From: Eledone cirrhosa
Lineage: Eukaryota
Assembly (NCBI GenBank): GCA_964016885.1
Contig: OZ024740.1
Coordinates: 139,438,001-139,502,000, forward strand
Direction of reading: 5' to 3'
DNA: 64,000 nucleotides
Position numbers and translations under genes: made by a program. This document shows positions 26,601-42,125 of the stretch, in pieces. The notes beneath the pieces were generated by a model. It did not search any database, was not told where the DNA came from, and was given only the letters and a program-made list of their open reading frames with translations. Position 1 is the stretch's first letter. Every line of letters starts with the position of its first letter.

Positions 26601-27302
26601 CGTTCACCGTGTTCTGAATTAAAATTCCATCATGCTCTACTTGAATGGTAGATTTAATCAGGACGCTGGTTTAACAAAACGATCTCACCCATTAGTACCT
26701 ATATCGGGGTATGTTCTGTTCAAGAATTCGTGCAAAAGTTTCGATATGAAGACACAACCTGCCACTCTCTCTCTCTCACTAGTCTAGAATACCGCTGATA
26801 AAGATTATGGCTATATATTTTGTTGTTGTTGATGTTTTATCTCTGAGTATAAACTTTTAATTCTAGGATGTAATAACATGAAAATAATTGAACAGAATCA
26901 AATAAAAATAAAAGACTCTATTAAAGGAGACAAGAAAGGAAGAAATAAAAAAAAAATAAAAAGGAAAACTCAGTAATTGATCTGACACATATTCCATTAA
27001 TCAAACTGGGAAAATAAACAGCCTAATCACGCCGTAGCAGGATTCGAACACAGAAGTTTCAGTGATAAAACTACGTTCAGCCAGTAATTTAATCCATGGC
27101 TCTATTGATTGTCCCAAACACCAACATCATCACATGGAGCTCTACCATCACTATTTATACTACGGCTGCAGATACTACTGCTAGTACTACCACCATTTAG
27201 GGATATTAAGAAACACATTCGTACATACACACGCGCACACACAGACACACACGCATTCACACACACATACACACATACGCAATGACACAAACACACACAC
27301 AT

Positions 27303-27674
<372 letters not shown>

Positions 27675-28153
27675 GTCACCTTCCATACAATGAACTCTCC
27701 GGCCTTTGACGCAGAGTAAATGACATCACGTGTTAATGACTATATACGTGATGTTATGGCACACGAGAGGGAAGTCTGGCGTCTGGTTTCGGGTCCCATG
27801 TTACTTTTTCCACTAACACCGTCTGCGTTGTTTGAACTGTGAACTTTTCTCAACGTTTAACTTGTAATGAATTAGTTGATGAATTGATGTACCCCAGTAC
27901 AGACACTCACATGCACCCCCCGCCCACACACACATACACACACATATATACGCACACACATATACGCACGCACACACTCACACAAACACGCAAACACACA
28001 CACACACATATATACATATCTATACATCTATCTATCTATATATATATATATATATATACATATTTACATACACATAGACACATCATACAGACAAATACAT
28101 ATACAATAGTGGAGATATTGAGAAGTAGGCGGATCTACATTTATGTGCGTGTG

Positions 28154-28233
<80 letters not shown>

Positions 28234-28250
28234 ACACACACATATATTGA

Positions 28251-28292
<42 letters not shown>

Positions 28293-28342
28293 TAAATGAA
28301 AAGTATAGAAATTGTTGTAGCGAGAAGCTAACAGTATTCCAT

Positions 28343-28408
<66 letters not shown>

Positions 28409-28812
28409 CCATACGTACATATATATATGTGTGCGTGTATGTATATATATACATACTACTGTACGTCTGTATACATATATGTATGTACGTGTACATACTT
28501 ATATTTAAGTAACAGCTGTACTAAGAGTGGGAAATGAAATTTCGTTTCATTTTTTCCGTTTATATATCTATATTTATATATATATCTATAACAAGGAAGG
28601 TGTGGTAAGATACCAGGTGGACCATAACGCACCAGACTACTCGATACTTAGGGTAGTAGAGTGAGTAGTAGGAAAAGAGTCAGGACCCCGACGGCTGAGC
28701 TCAGGCCGTTTCGATAGCTAGATCCGAACACACGTTCGCATCTAGCTGTCAAAACGGCCGGAGCTCAGCCGTCGGAGTCCTGAATCTTTTCCTATATATA
28801 TTATATATATAT

Positions 28813-28858
<46 letters not shown>

Positions 28859-29233
28859 ACGCACATGTATATATATATGTGTGTATATATGGACCCATAC
28901 AATTTCCAGGCTTCATCTCCAGCTGATCAGGTATTTATGAAGTACTCACATTAATCCTATATTAACAAAGTCACAGTTGTATGCCAATAAATAGAGAGAG
29001 ATAATCAGTAGCTCAACATAAAATAAACATCTTCACCTTTGCCTCTATACATCAACAGTGACCCCTATTTACCCCCTAAATCTGGTATGTACCTGTAGTA
29101 TTATCCGTTAATTTCCTGTCCATTACTGTTGAGTGGTTATTCATTATATATTAATTGTATGTAGACATTTTGAAGAGCACCTGATTCAGATAAGAAATGG
29201 TTGGTTTCGAACAATGTACCTGTCAAGAAACTA

Positions 29234-29280
<47 letters not shown>

Positions 29281-29366
29281 GAGGTTATATTTAATTTGTT
29301 GGGATTCAACAAGCTTAAAAATGTTATAACTGATATAAAGCACTCAACAATTTAGTGGAGTAAATA

Positions 29367-29700
29367 TTCAATATATTAATAAATGGAAACTATATTTATA
29401 AAACCATAATTATTTTATTATATATATTTCAAGGGCAACCAAGGCAAATTATGGTGCGCTTTCATCAGATAAAATACAGATTTGTTTTATAAATAAATAT
29501 TGACGTACCCGGAAAAAAGACAACCTTAACGGTTGAAGTTCCCTTTTTTTCCGGGTATGTCAATATTTATTTATTTATAAAACAAATCTGTATTTTATCT
29601 GATGAAAGCGCACCATAATTTGCCTTGGTTGCCCTTGAAATATATATAATAAAATAATTATGGTTTTATAAATATAGTTTCCATTTATTAATATATTGAT
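29367..29700. mobile_element. Fold-back PLE terminus with two opposing hammerheads (29411-29476 -, 29591-29656 +)
   Basis: TATTTTAT-CTGATGA-AAG..CTT-GAAA-TATATA-TA-ATAAAATA; same family as 14773. Confidence 0.85.
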
Positions 29701-29797
29701 TATATATATATATATATTCTCAAGCGTGAAACTAATACAAATATCATTTGTACTGCCTCTCTATTTTTTGTATTTTTTGTTCTCTGTTCATTTATTA

Positions 29798-29839
<42 letters not shown>

Positions 29840-29866
29840 TATAGGTAATCCAGTTAGAGGCTGTGG

Positions 29867-29977
29867 GTGTTCTGATGATTTGATCAGAGGTTAACACTGT
29901 ATTTAAGGTCGAGTGACGCAACTGCGAGTGATTAGCGGCCTTTAGACTCACCTGATCAATGAAACAATTGTTAATAC
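29867..29977 (+). ncRNA. Hammerhead ribozyme with extended stem II
   Basis: GTGTT-CTGATGA-TTTGATCAG..CTGATCAAT-GAAA-CAATTG-TT-AATAC. Confidence 0.8.
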
Positions 29978-30309
29978 TTGAAATAAAACCCCTTGATGTA
30001 CAGCCGACCATGTTATTCTTCACATGTGTGTAGATATATACATATGTATATATAGGTATATACATATATAAAGATTTTGATAGTTACAATGTATATATAG
30101 TCCTAATGGAGAACTTTCGTTTCGGTTCGTTTTTAAGCCTCGTTGCGGGTAAATAACTGTGAGTTACTTAACTTCGTGAAGTTTAATAACTAGCTGAAAC
30201 GGAAAGGGCCTTCTATTGGGACAGTACCGTATATCTATACTTACTCTGCCAATTAATATGCATCGAAAAGTAGCTGTCTTTCCTATATGCACACACACAT
30301 ATATATATA

Positions 30310-30465
30310 TTCATTTTATTAAGGCTGACTAATAAGTCTTGTTACTCTGGAGTTTCGCCTGTTTATCACAGTCATGACACAAGGACGTTCTTGACTGATG
30401 ACCCTGTGATAAACAGCCGAAACTCCAAAGTAACAAGACTTACTAGTCAGCCTAAATAAAATGAT
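30310..30465. mobile_element. Fold-back element with degenerate HHR at 30389-30438 +
   Basis: CTGATGA-..CTGT GATAA ACAG..-GAAA-CTCCAAAG-TA-ACAAGA; left arm inverted. Confidence 0.6.
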
Positions 30466-30510
30466 TAAAACTACTTTGGTATTGAGTACTCCTTTCTTTG
30501 AGCAGTTACG

Positions 30511-30580
<70 letters not shown>

Positions 30581-30600
30581 CACACACACGCACACTAACA

Positions 30601-30693
<93 letters not shown>

Positions 30694-30730
30694 CCTGCCC
30701 GTCCCTCAATCTATTTTATTTCTCATTCTT

Positions 30731-30766
30731 TCTTCTGATGAAGGACTAGCGTCCGAAACGTTAAGA
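30731..30766 (+). ncRNA. Minimal hammerhead ribozyme
   Basis: TCTT-CTGATGA-AGGAC TAGC GTCC-GAAA-CG-TT-AAGA. Confidence 0.85.
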
Positions 30767-32347
30767 CCTTCTTCCTGCTATATCAGGCGTTAACCTGATT
30801 TATACCTTCCATATACTGTACCGATTGTGTTGTTATTTCTGTTTACCTTTTACATACTGTACTAAGGATTAACTGCACTAAGAAGTCAGGCAACTACACT
30901 GCATAGAACTTAAACGAATATACAATTCACGCCATTTTCACTTAACTCTTGATGGGGTCTTAGATGTGCACTAGTGACATACTTGGGTATTTAAATATGA
31001 TGGAGACCATCCCTTACCTAGTATGAACACTAGTAGATTTCATCCAGAGAGTGTGAGAGAGAGGGGAGAGAGAGAGACATACAGAGAGAGAGAAAGAAAG
31101 AGAGAGGTACAGCGAGAGAGAGAGAGTATGTATGGGGGGAGTATGCGCCTGTGAGCGAGAGAGTAGAAGTAGAAAAGTGTTATAGAAGACAGGATTGGTC
31201 CCAGTTCTGGATACTATTCAATTTATGAATCTCGAAAGAATGAAAAGCTAAGTTGTCCTTGGCTGGAATTGAACATAGAGTGCAGAAAGCCGGGACAAAT
31301 ACCAAAAAGTATTCTACCCAAAATTCTACCTAATTGCCGCCCTTAAACGAATATACATTACAAAGAAATACATTGCTGAAATATATTGCAGAAATGCGTT
31401 GCATTTTGCAAATACTTGTGAAGCGATTATTTTACTGTTGACTTTGCATATTGAAATCTTCACATAAAATAGGTTTAAGATTAATAAGTAACGTAATATA
31501 GGAATATAAAATTGGTTTCTTGGAAGGATCAGAAGAAAAGGAATCTGAGATAATTTAAATATATTGCGCGTGATACACACGCACATATACACACACACAG
31601 ACACACGTGTATGTGTGTGTTAGAGTATATTCCGCATTGGTTCTCACTTTTTCAAAATATATATACACACATGTGTATGTATGTATACACAGACCCCCCC
31701 CACACACACACACACCACTCTCGCGCACACACACACATATATATATATATAACTTCAAATGTTTTTGTGACTTACTTATGATATAAAATACATGAGTGCC
31801 ATGGACAAAACTAAAAGAAATTAAAAAAATATAAGCCATAACAAAAAAGACTTTACTGATGTACATTTTGAAGAATGAAGGAAGAAGAAGGAACGAAACA
31901 GTTAATTAGTGGATAAAAGACGAAAAAGTCAAATTATTTTGGCAATAACTCTTGAAACGTGGATATTTCTAAAGAAAACGTTCCCATGTATATTTGTTTT
32001 AGACATAGCATCTTGGTCGCCCCTATATCTAATTGATGCTTAAGCTTTGTCGTAATACCACCATTTACAACTGATTGCCATCTATTTCCTTTCATTGTGT
32101 GTGTGTATATATATATATGCGTGTATGTGTTTGAGTGAATGTGTATGTGCGTTTGCACGTGTGTGTGTGTGTGTGTGTGTAGATTACCTTTCCAAAGAAC
32201 AGTCCTTTTAAACTACAAAAGTCGTCAAACATATGCCCTGTGGTATTGCAATATGGTTGTATTCAGAGAACCACACAGTAAGAACTTTAAGGACATATTT
32301 ATGTATATGTAAGTATATATGTATATGTGGGTGTGTGTGTATTTAAT

Positions 32348-32419
<72 letters not shown>

Positions 32420-32797
32420 CAAATACTTCGCTTATACTGTGCTAGCCATTGCCTCATGACCTGACTATAGTGACTTAATTCTACACATCCACCCAAAATA
32501 CTCTTTATATTAAGAATTATTATTTTCTTTATCTCCCGAAGAAGTCTGAAGAGGTAAAAAGCTGCCATCGCTCGAGCACGCAGTTGAGTCTCTATCATTA
32601 ATATACCCGCTCCGCATCTCTCCATGCATCGAGTACTATTCTGATCTTTGGTCTTCTTAGTCTTCCTACAACTGACACTCAATACATATATACATGTTTA
32701 TACACACACACACACACACACATACACACACACACACACACATACACACATAGACACACACACATACACACACAGACACAGACACACACACGCACAC

Positions 32798-32853
<56 letters not shown>

Positions 32854-34659
32854 ATATATATATATAGAGAGAGAGAGGTATGTATGTCTGTCTATGAATC
32901 TGTGTATGTGTGTACACATACTGATTTTAAAGGACTTCGTTAGCCTTCGAATGACTGATTGGATGGATGTTTGTTATTTTGAAGGCAGAATAGTTAAGTC
33001 ATCAAACAAAATGTCTTGTGGCGTTTAGCTACTGTCCTTTACATACTGGGTGGTAAAACCCCGCTGCTCTCTGTTTTGCCTTTATACTGTTGTCGATAAA
33101 ATAAAGTACCAGTAAAGTACTATGGTCGATATAATCGATTTTACTTTCAAGCTGCAGATCTTATTATTAAATACTGAATAACACAGGCGTGTCATTTCAT
33201 GTGATCTGTTTCTTTCATTATTCCTTCCTTTGTGATAGCTAATTGTTGTTATTATTAGTGGCGTTTCTGTATATCTCACTTGTTTTCTGAAGGTGGTTCT
33301 TCTAGTTGCTGTCGTTGCAGTTGGGGTTGTTTTAGTGGTCGTAACCTTATTCCTTTCTCTGTTCTTCTTCAAAGTTGACACAAACTTCCAGAAATAACAG
33401 GCATGATAATTACAGCTGTTACGAACATGTACGAGACCCATGTGATGACAATTCCGTATGGCTTGTATTTCATCTGTCGTTTAGGGGGTTAACGAGTTCA
33501 TTATCTACCCGTTTATTGATTTTAAACTTCCCATCCCCACAGAAAACATCATCTGTATATATTCACCACATAACACGCTAGACATTTCACTGGTATGAGT
33601 GCTAGGAACATGAACTTGTGTCCGGAAAAAGATATATTAAACATTTGCATATCTTTCCTTTAATATATATGACAATATATCTTCAATGGTCTTAGTAATC
33701 ATGGTATGTTTTCTTCTCATTTTTATCGAGCTCTTATGTCTAAACCCTTTTGCTAAGATAGTTGAGACAAATAATATATGTTCGAGATAATGTATTTTCG
33801 TTATATGGTAGAATCACTAGAGTATCAGATTAAATCGTTTGTGATATTTATTCCGGCTTCAGTCGAAATTCCATCAAAGGTCAACTTTGCCTTTCATTCG
33901 TTCGGTGTCGCTAAATAAAGTAGCAGTCCATGAACAGGAATTAGCAGAATTGTTAAAACATCGATCGATATGCTTTCCAGCATCTGCTCCGGCTAGTTGT
34001 TTTTTGTGTTAACGTGGAAAATAATGGGAACCTACAAAGTAAGGTCATATTATTCATAAGTCTTGGACCCGTGAAATATTTCGTTGTAGACATGGAAGAT
34101 TAAGGTCCCTACCACGTTTAATTTATCACCTAGACAGTAAAGCGATAGTATAAAAAATGGTATCGTAAGAGACGGTACGCTCTGAATAGAGTAGGGTGTG
34201 AAATATTGATTCATATTGATACTACTCGTATAATGCTCAGTGAGTTTTTAAAAATGTTTTAATGTTAATTTCTATCAACAGATCTGTTGTCCTGTTTCTG
34301 TTTCTTTTATACATACATATGTATGTTTGAGGATACATTTGTGTCCATGTCTCTGTTTATGTCCCGTAACCTACCGTTTTAACAAACAAATATCGATGAA
34401 ATAGTTACCAGACTTGAAAAAATGAATATTGTGTTCGAAATAATGAACTAAATGAAGGTGATGCCCCAACAAAGCCGCGCTATAATGACTGAAACCAGTA
34501 CAATAACACTGTTAATAGAATACCCGTACACGTTACCATTAGAAGGAGAGACAGTGAGTGTGTCAAAGAGAGAGGGTGTGGGGGAGATAGAAAGGGGGAG
34601 AGTGAGAGAGAGAGAGGAGGAGGGAGGCAGAGAGATATTTTGCTTTATGGAACTCTTTA

Positions 34660-34800
34660 TGGATGCCGCGTATTTCTGTCAAAATATCAAAGACTTAATT
34701 GAGCAAATTGAAATTCCATACGAGGCAGGTGACTGAAGATTGTTTATTGATTCTTCAAAAAAACCCATGGAACTAATATTGTTGTATAATGGAGCATCTG
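34660..34800 (+). pseudogene. Old fragment of a Chapaev3-like transposase
   Basis: YFCQNIKDLIEQIEIPYEAGD*RLFIDSSKKPMELILLYNG parallels the 36179-36754 protein. Confidence 0.6.
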
Positions 34801-34929
34801 TAAATTCTATAGAGATAACATATTATTGTAATTGCCTTTCGGAGGATATAAAATACGAGAAATTATCGTGAGAAAAATTTGTGGTTTTGAATTGATTTAA
34901 CAATTATGATCGTGCTTTTTTGGTACAAA

Positions 34930-35095
34930 GCCATATGCATGGTTCTATGATTAAGCGTTTCGTTTCGCAACAACATAGTTACAGGTTCAGTCACGCTGTA
35001 CGTCGCAATAGTGAAGTGTATTTTACCTTAGCCTTTAGTCGACCAAAGCCGTGTGAGTGAAATGTATTTGACGGAATCCGTATAGAAACCCGTCG
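34930..35095 (+). mobile_element. tRNA-derived SINE (related copies 37645-37778 +, 49095-49285 -)
   Basis: ggttcagtc.., gaccaaagcc.tgtgagtg..gacggaa..agaa.cccgtcg. Confidence 0.65.
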
Positions 35096-35684
35096 GAGAG
35101 ATCATTTTTGTGTTTGGATGGCAGACCTAATACATAAGCAGGTTTAACACCATCACTTCGTCCATCGACACCATTAGCAGAGTTCACTCCATTGCAAGCA
35201 TTCATTTGAGATATGAGAACAGTCAATTGAGGTAGAGTCATTTTAAAAGCATTATAGCTCCCTGGAAAATTCAATGCACTACACCACCTACATACACAAC
35301 ATATGCGAATCAATAGATTCGCATATGGTCCATTCTACAACTGCCTGGTGTGACCATGTCTTAAGACCGCAGTGGTTTGTGCCGCCTCCAGTACTTGATA
35401 AGTATACTATTTTATCAAACCTGAAAGAATAAATAGCAAAGGTAAAGTCGGAACTAATTACACCGTGTAACATATTTTAACACTATTATTTAATCAGAAG
35501 TTTGGGTTTGTGGTCAAGAGTTTAATATTTCGAAATTTTCCTATTTTTCAAGAAAAAACACATTTTTTTAAAATTTATCAGTTCATATAATTAAATCAAC
35601 AGAGTATATATTTATTTTATTACACAAGCTTATAAAAAGCAAACAAGTAAAAACAAATAACACTTATAAAGCAACTTATACACG

Positions 35685-36765
35685 TCAGAAATGACTGGAT
35701 TTCCTGGATTTGCGGTTGTAGTCCAGGTCGCATTCCCGCACTAGCCCCCAGATATAGTCCCCCATCACTTTTCCATTGTAGTGGCCCTGGTACCTCCGCT
35801 CTATCTCTTTCACATCTTGGTGGAATTGTTCGCCTTGTTCTTCTGAGTAGGCGCCCATATTGTCCTTGAATGTTTCCAGGTGAGCGTCCAGCATATGGAG
35901 TTTAAGCGACATCCTGCATCCCATGGCGCCAAAAGCCTTTATCAGATCCTGCACCAGTTGCTGGTAGTTTTCAGCTCTGTAGTTGCCCAGGAAGCCCTTA
36001 ACAACTGCTTTGAAACAGTTCCATGCTGTTCTCTCAATCCTATTGAGCTTATTGTAGACTCAAACACCTTCTTTATCTGAGGTCCAACAAAAAATGCCAC
36101 CTTTGAATTAGGCCTCAGATAACTTGGGGAAGAACTCAAGAAGGTACTTAAAAGCGACTGACTCTTGGTTGAGAGCCTTCACAAACTGCTTCTCAACCCC
36201 AACTTAATGTGCAGTGGTGGCATGAGCACAATCCTGGGATCAACCAGTGGCTCCCACATGACGTTCCGGATCCCAACTACAAATTCTGTTCGCTGTTCCC
36301 AGTTCTTTCTTTTGTAGTGGTCAGAGGTGGCTCGGCTGTCCCAAAGGCAGAGGAAGCATTGGAATTTGATAAAGCCTCCTTGGAGTCCAAGCAGGAAAGC
36401 CACCATCTTGAAGTCTCCAATGATTTCCCAATTATACTGGTTGTATTTCAGAGCTTCCAAGAGGACTTTCACACTGTTGTAATCTTCCTTCAGGTAGACT
36501 GAATGAGTTAGGGGCAGTGTCGGGAACTTGTTTCCATTGTGGAGGAGGACAGCCTTCAAACTTGTGGTGGAGCTGTCTATAAATACCCGCCACTCCTTGG
36601 GCACAAAATGCACCCCAATAACGTCAAACAGTCCAGGCACGTCATGGCAGAAACAGAGGCCATCCCTAAGAGTGTAAAAGCCTGAGAAAGGTTCGTGTCG
36701 ACTTCTCTGACTTGTCACCTGCACTTCCTCATTGACCAAGTTCCACTGCTTCATCCTGGAGACGA
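35685..36765 (-). pseudogene. DNA transposase, Chapaev3 (CMC)-like, frameshifted
   Basis: FIDSS..SLKAVLLHNGN, CFLCLWDSRA, PPLHIKLGL, FVGPQIK, MSLKLHMLDAHL, SEEQGEQFHQD. Confidence 0.8.
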
Positions 36766-37759
36766 ATGCTTAAAACATAACTTACCCTTTATTCAGGGTG
36801 CGAAAATCCAGTATCAAAAAATCTCTTTAATCCACTTTTTAACAATTTTATACTTTATTACACTTTTATAATTTTCTTTAGGTATTACTCTTTATTTTAT
36901 AATTTTAATTTAACCTGAAATATATATAAACAAATCATTTAACATAAGCAAATTAAACTCACATACAACGTAAAATCCAGCATACAAATAATTCTAGTGA
37001 ATAGCTTAGAATTTTTACAAACCCAAACTTTTAACTGTTTAATAGCACTTTTTTTTTATTTGGGACCTAAGCAACACAAAAAAGTGATTACAAGCCAAAA
37101 ACAGAGAAAAAAATGTTTTTGTTACACGGTGTTAGCGTAAGAATTTTGTACGTCGCTCTAACGATTCTGTCAACTTCTCGACGAAGCATAATTTTGATAA
37201 TTGCTTACGTTTATTCTGTGAAGAAAACACTGATGTTTTGTAAAGCATTCTTGAAATACAAGTACATTTCACTTTGTATATATTTTGCAAGATTTTTTCT
37301 TTTATTTGAAACACTGCATTATGAATGCTTTTGTTGTATTTTTTAAATGTTTTTCGTTTTTAAATTAAAAACACTCACACCGTTTGTAGTCTGTATTTTC
37401 TTTAATTGTTAGTCCACTTCATTGTTGTCAACTAGCTTGATCAGTTTGTAAATATATTTTTGTCACATTACAAAATGTCAGTAAATTTTGAACTTGTTTT
37501 CTTTCTTTCAGTAAACATAAAATTCAAAGAAACAAATATCTGTATAGAAATAAGGCTTGATGTTATATACTTTTTTTCATTTCTGTATAATGTTTGTAGT
37601 TGCCAAATATTGTGTTGCTATTTCAAATCCAATCCACATTTCCACATGGTTAAAGAGTTCGCTTCATAATTACGTGGTTCCGGTTTTATTTCCCCTGCGT
37701 GGGCGGCAACTTGGGCGTCTTCTTCTATAAGTTGCGATGTGAATGGAATTTGGAATTTG

Positions 37760-37772
37760 GAAGAAGTTCGTC

Positions 37773-37829
<57 letters not shown>

Positions 37830-38176
37830 TAAACGGAATAGAAAATGCTGACAAATTGTTCACAGTTGAAAAATGGTTTAATTAGGAATAAAAGAGTATT
37901 AGTGATTGTATGGGTTAGTATTCAGTTGTGGTTTTAAGTTTTTAAGTTTTTACCGGTTGCGCATTTCTAAATGCTTTTCAAAAATAATTTTGAGATAGAG
38001 TGTCCGTGTTGTTTGCTCTGAAACTTAAAACCACAACTGAATACTAACCCATACAATCACTAATACTCTTTTATTCCTAATTAAACCATTTTTCAACTGT
38101 GAACAATTTGTCAGCATTTTCTATTCCGTTTACCAATATATATATATATATATATATATACATGACGAACTTCTTC
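37760..38176. mobile_element. Fold-back element (arms 37827-37940 / 38021-38135) in (TA)n, with the outer flank also inverted
   Basis: Perfect ~113-bp arms; gaagaagttcgtcatgta / tacatgacgaacttcttc outside the microsatellites. Confidence 0.85.
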
Positions 38177-38319
38177 AGTGATGCATCTGAACGCAATTTA
38201 TTGTGTGTTACAATTGTTTTCTGGGCGGAGAGCTCGAGACGCAATCATTGTGTGGATCTGTCTGATTCTGGACCCGCAGGTTCGACGGACACGTCTAATG
38301 ATCGCAAAGTGAGAGAATA

Positions 38320-38601
38320 AAAAAAAAAAAATTAAAACCTGAACACTAAAATTATGTGGGATTTTGTGATGTGATGTATATCTTGTATGCATGTGCTTGA
38401 GGATATGTTATATGTGTGTGTTTTGGGTCTGTATATGTAACGTCATATATACTTATATATATATATATATATAAGTGACGTTACATATACAGACCCCCAA
38501 AATACACATATAACATATCCTCAAGCACATGCACACAAGATATACATCACATCACAAAATCTCAAATATTTTTAGTGTTCAGGTTTAAATTTTTTTTTTT
38601 T
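38320..38601. repeat. Diverged palindrome centred on (TA)n
   Basis: ~125-bp arms with several mismatches. Confidence 0.85.
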
Positions 38602-39453
38602 AGGAATCTGTTGGAAAAAAACCTTTTTTTAAAAATAGGTTTAAGGTTTCTAAAATTACATTACACACTAGCTAACAAACATACAATTCGTATTTTTTAA
38701 AGAAGATATTAAAAGTGGTTTCAATGTTGTATTTCTACAGAAATACGCTGTTTATTATACATACACATCCATTCAAAGCATGTAGTGTTGTAGCATTATA
38801 ATTTAGGGTTTCTTTGGGTGAGTTAGATCCCTTTTCCTTCGATTCCACTTAAATACAACCAATTTTCCCACCCAGGACGGTAGTTACTCCTCTTCACACA
38901 GGCAACCACCGACATACACAGAACATCAAACTAAACACCAACCGTATCAATCTGCTTTAGTCTAAGCTTAGTGACACCAAACCACCTGCAACCACTCATC
39001 GTTCTACGATATAAAGCTGTTTTTATTTAGTCTAAAAACTTTCAATCATAGTTTTATGTAAAAATATTTAACTTATACCCCAGATTCTTGTGTATTTTCA
39101 AAATTATTTGAAAAATTATGGAAATATGGCAAAGAAAGGGCTAAGTTACTTATAAAAGTCAAAGGTACTGCTTCACCATTACACTAAATAACTTCTGAAA
39201 ACAATCACGCCACTTACAATGAAAACATAATTAGGTTTTCACAAAAGTACCAGGCTAGAAACTTCTAGGGAAGTAGGTATAGTTGATTAAATCAACGCCA
39301 GTATTTGGTTGGTTGAGACCGATTTAATCGTCACAAGAGGGAGAGATGGAAGTCAAAGTGGACACGCAGTGGGGATTCCACTCTCAACATAGAAATAGGA
39401 AACCAAATATATGCACGCACACATATACATTCAAGTGTATTTATATACATTTT

Positions 39454-39517
<64 letters not shown>

Positions 39518-39598
39518 CATGTGTGTGTGTTTACATGTGAGTGCGAGTTCTTATACATAGATACTCGTATACAAATATTGGTAAATACACAGACGCAG

Positions 39599-39629
<31 letters not shown>

Positions 39630-39635
39630 AACGTG

Positions 39636-39669
<34 letters not shown>

Positions 39670-39846
39670 TAGATGTTTGTAGACATACATATAATATAAG
39701 GGTGGATGATGTGGTTTAAATCAAAACAGTCAGCGATGTGGTAATAGGTGAAACAGAATAGACTGAAAGAATACAATCCTGTTAGTAAATATTTACATTC
39801 ATCAGATTTCAATTTGCATTAAAGTCTTACGCCGTTTTATATGCCA

Positions 39847-39889
<43 letters not shown>

Positions 39890-40634
39890 TACATACTCGC
39901 ATACATACGTTCATACACATAAATACATATATACATATATGCGTACGTACGTACCTACGTACATACGTACAAGGTGGCTGCCAACTCGTTTTCGAGTATG
40001 GCCACTACTTTATATCCATGTAGGAGAACTCCTCGAAAACTCTGGTACAAACACTACACTTGTGACAATTATTGACACATAGTGCTGGGCCCTTGGTACC
40101 ATGCGACGACAAGTGCAGAGAGATCTCCAGATATAAAGCGATGCCTGTGCCGCGAAGCTTTTATAGTGAGCAAAGGCACTGCACAAAGCCAGTCACACTC
40201 TCTTAACCAAGATGATATTTACCAAAAAGAAGAACAAGTCAACATCATTGGATACCATCAGGGTTGCCGGTATTATATCAGAGTTTTCCTTCTCCTAGAA
40301 TTCTGCCTTGACAAAGGATAAGGGGTCATCTCTCCCGGTGATTTTGGATGGCCATTGACTCTCAAGAGCTCCTTTGCCCTTTGACAGGTTTTGTTTTTAG
40401 TCCTGCAGGATGTCCAAAGTCACCCTCCTCACCAAGAAACCTTGGTGGGGTTGTCATTTAGTCGCCAACGACCCGACAGTGAGACAGGTTGTACTGGGAT
40501 ACATGTTACCAGTAGCACCAACTGTTGACCTGACACAACTGGTGACCTGTGTGTGTGTGTGTGTATGATTATACATACGTACATACATACATATATACAT
40601 ACATATAATCATACACACACCCACACACACACAT

Positions 40635-40696
<62 letters not shown>

Positions 40697-40702
<6 letters not shown>

Positions 40703-40883
40703 GAGCTTCTACAGGACTAGAACTGTTTCATTCGTGAGAAATCATCAGGAAGGGCTTCCTGATAATTTCTCACGAATGAAACAGTTCTAGTCCTGTAGAA
40801 GCTCTTCTATATTAAAACTTTATACTCTGCTATCTATTGACTACCTTACTTACTGTGGTTACCTCCGATTCAACCCGGAACTA

Positions 40884-40890
<7 letters not shown>
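40697..40890. mobile_element. Tiny fold-back element in (TA)n with back-to-back hammerheads (40706-40752 - intact; 40755-40801 + with G8>A)
   Basis: CTTC-CTGATGA-TTTC TCAC GAAT-GAAA-CAG..CTG-TA-GAAG. Confidence 0.8.
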
Positions 40891-40975
<85 letters not shown>

Positions 40976-41141
40976 CTTGACCGACCAGTCCGTGGGGCGC
41001 CAATCGTTACAGCACTGGTTACAGCACGTCGTGCTGTTTTAGCCTTGAGATAACGCCATCCCACTGACCCTCCCATAGTATAATAATATCGGTTTCAACA
41101 CACGATTTCAGATAAAGAATCTTGCTAAACAAATTCAGAAA

Positions 41142-41210
<69 letters not shown>

Positions 41211-41329
41211 ATGTTTAAGTATCGCGAGAGAGAAAAAAAAAGAAGAAAGAAGCGATACATATATTTAGTTGCCAATAGTTTGTGCAAATGTGCTCAATAC
41301 TTGTGCCTACAGGGTTAAATATTAGAAGC

Positions 41330-41850
<521 letters not shown>

Positions 41851-42045
41851 TATATATATATAGGAAAATGTATGACCCTGACGGCAGATCTCAAGCCGTT
41901 TCGACGGCTATACCCTAAGTATTGAGTACTCTGGTGCGTTATGGTCCATCTGGCTCCTTACCACAACACGTTCGTTATATATATATACATATATATATAT
42001 ATCCTTATATACATGCCTTTATTTGGATATACATATATATATATA

Positions 42046-42125
<80 letters not shown>

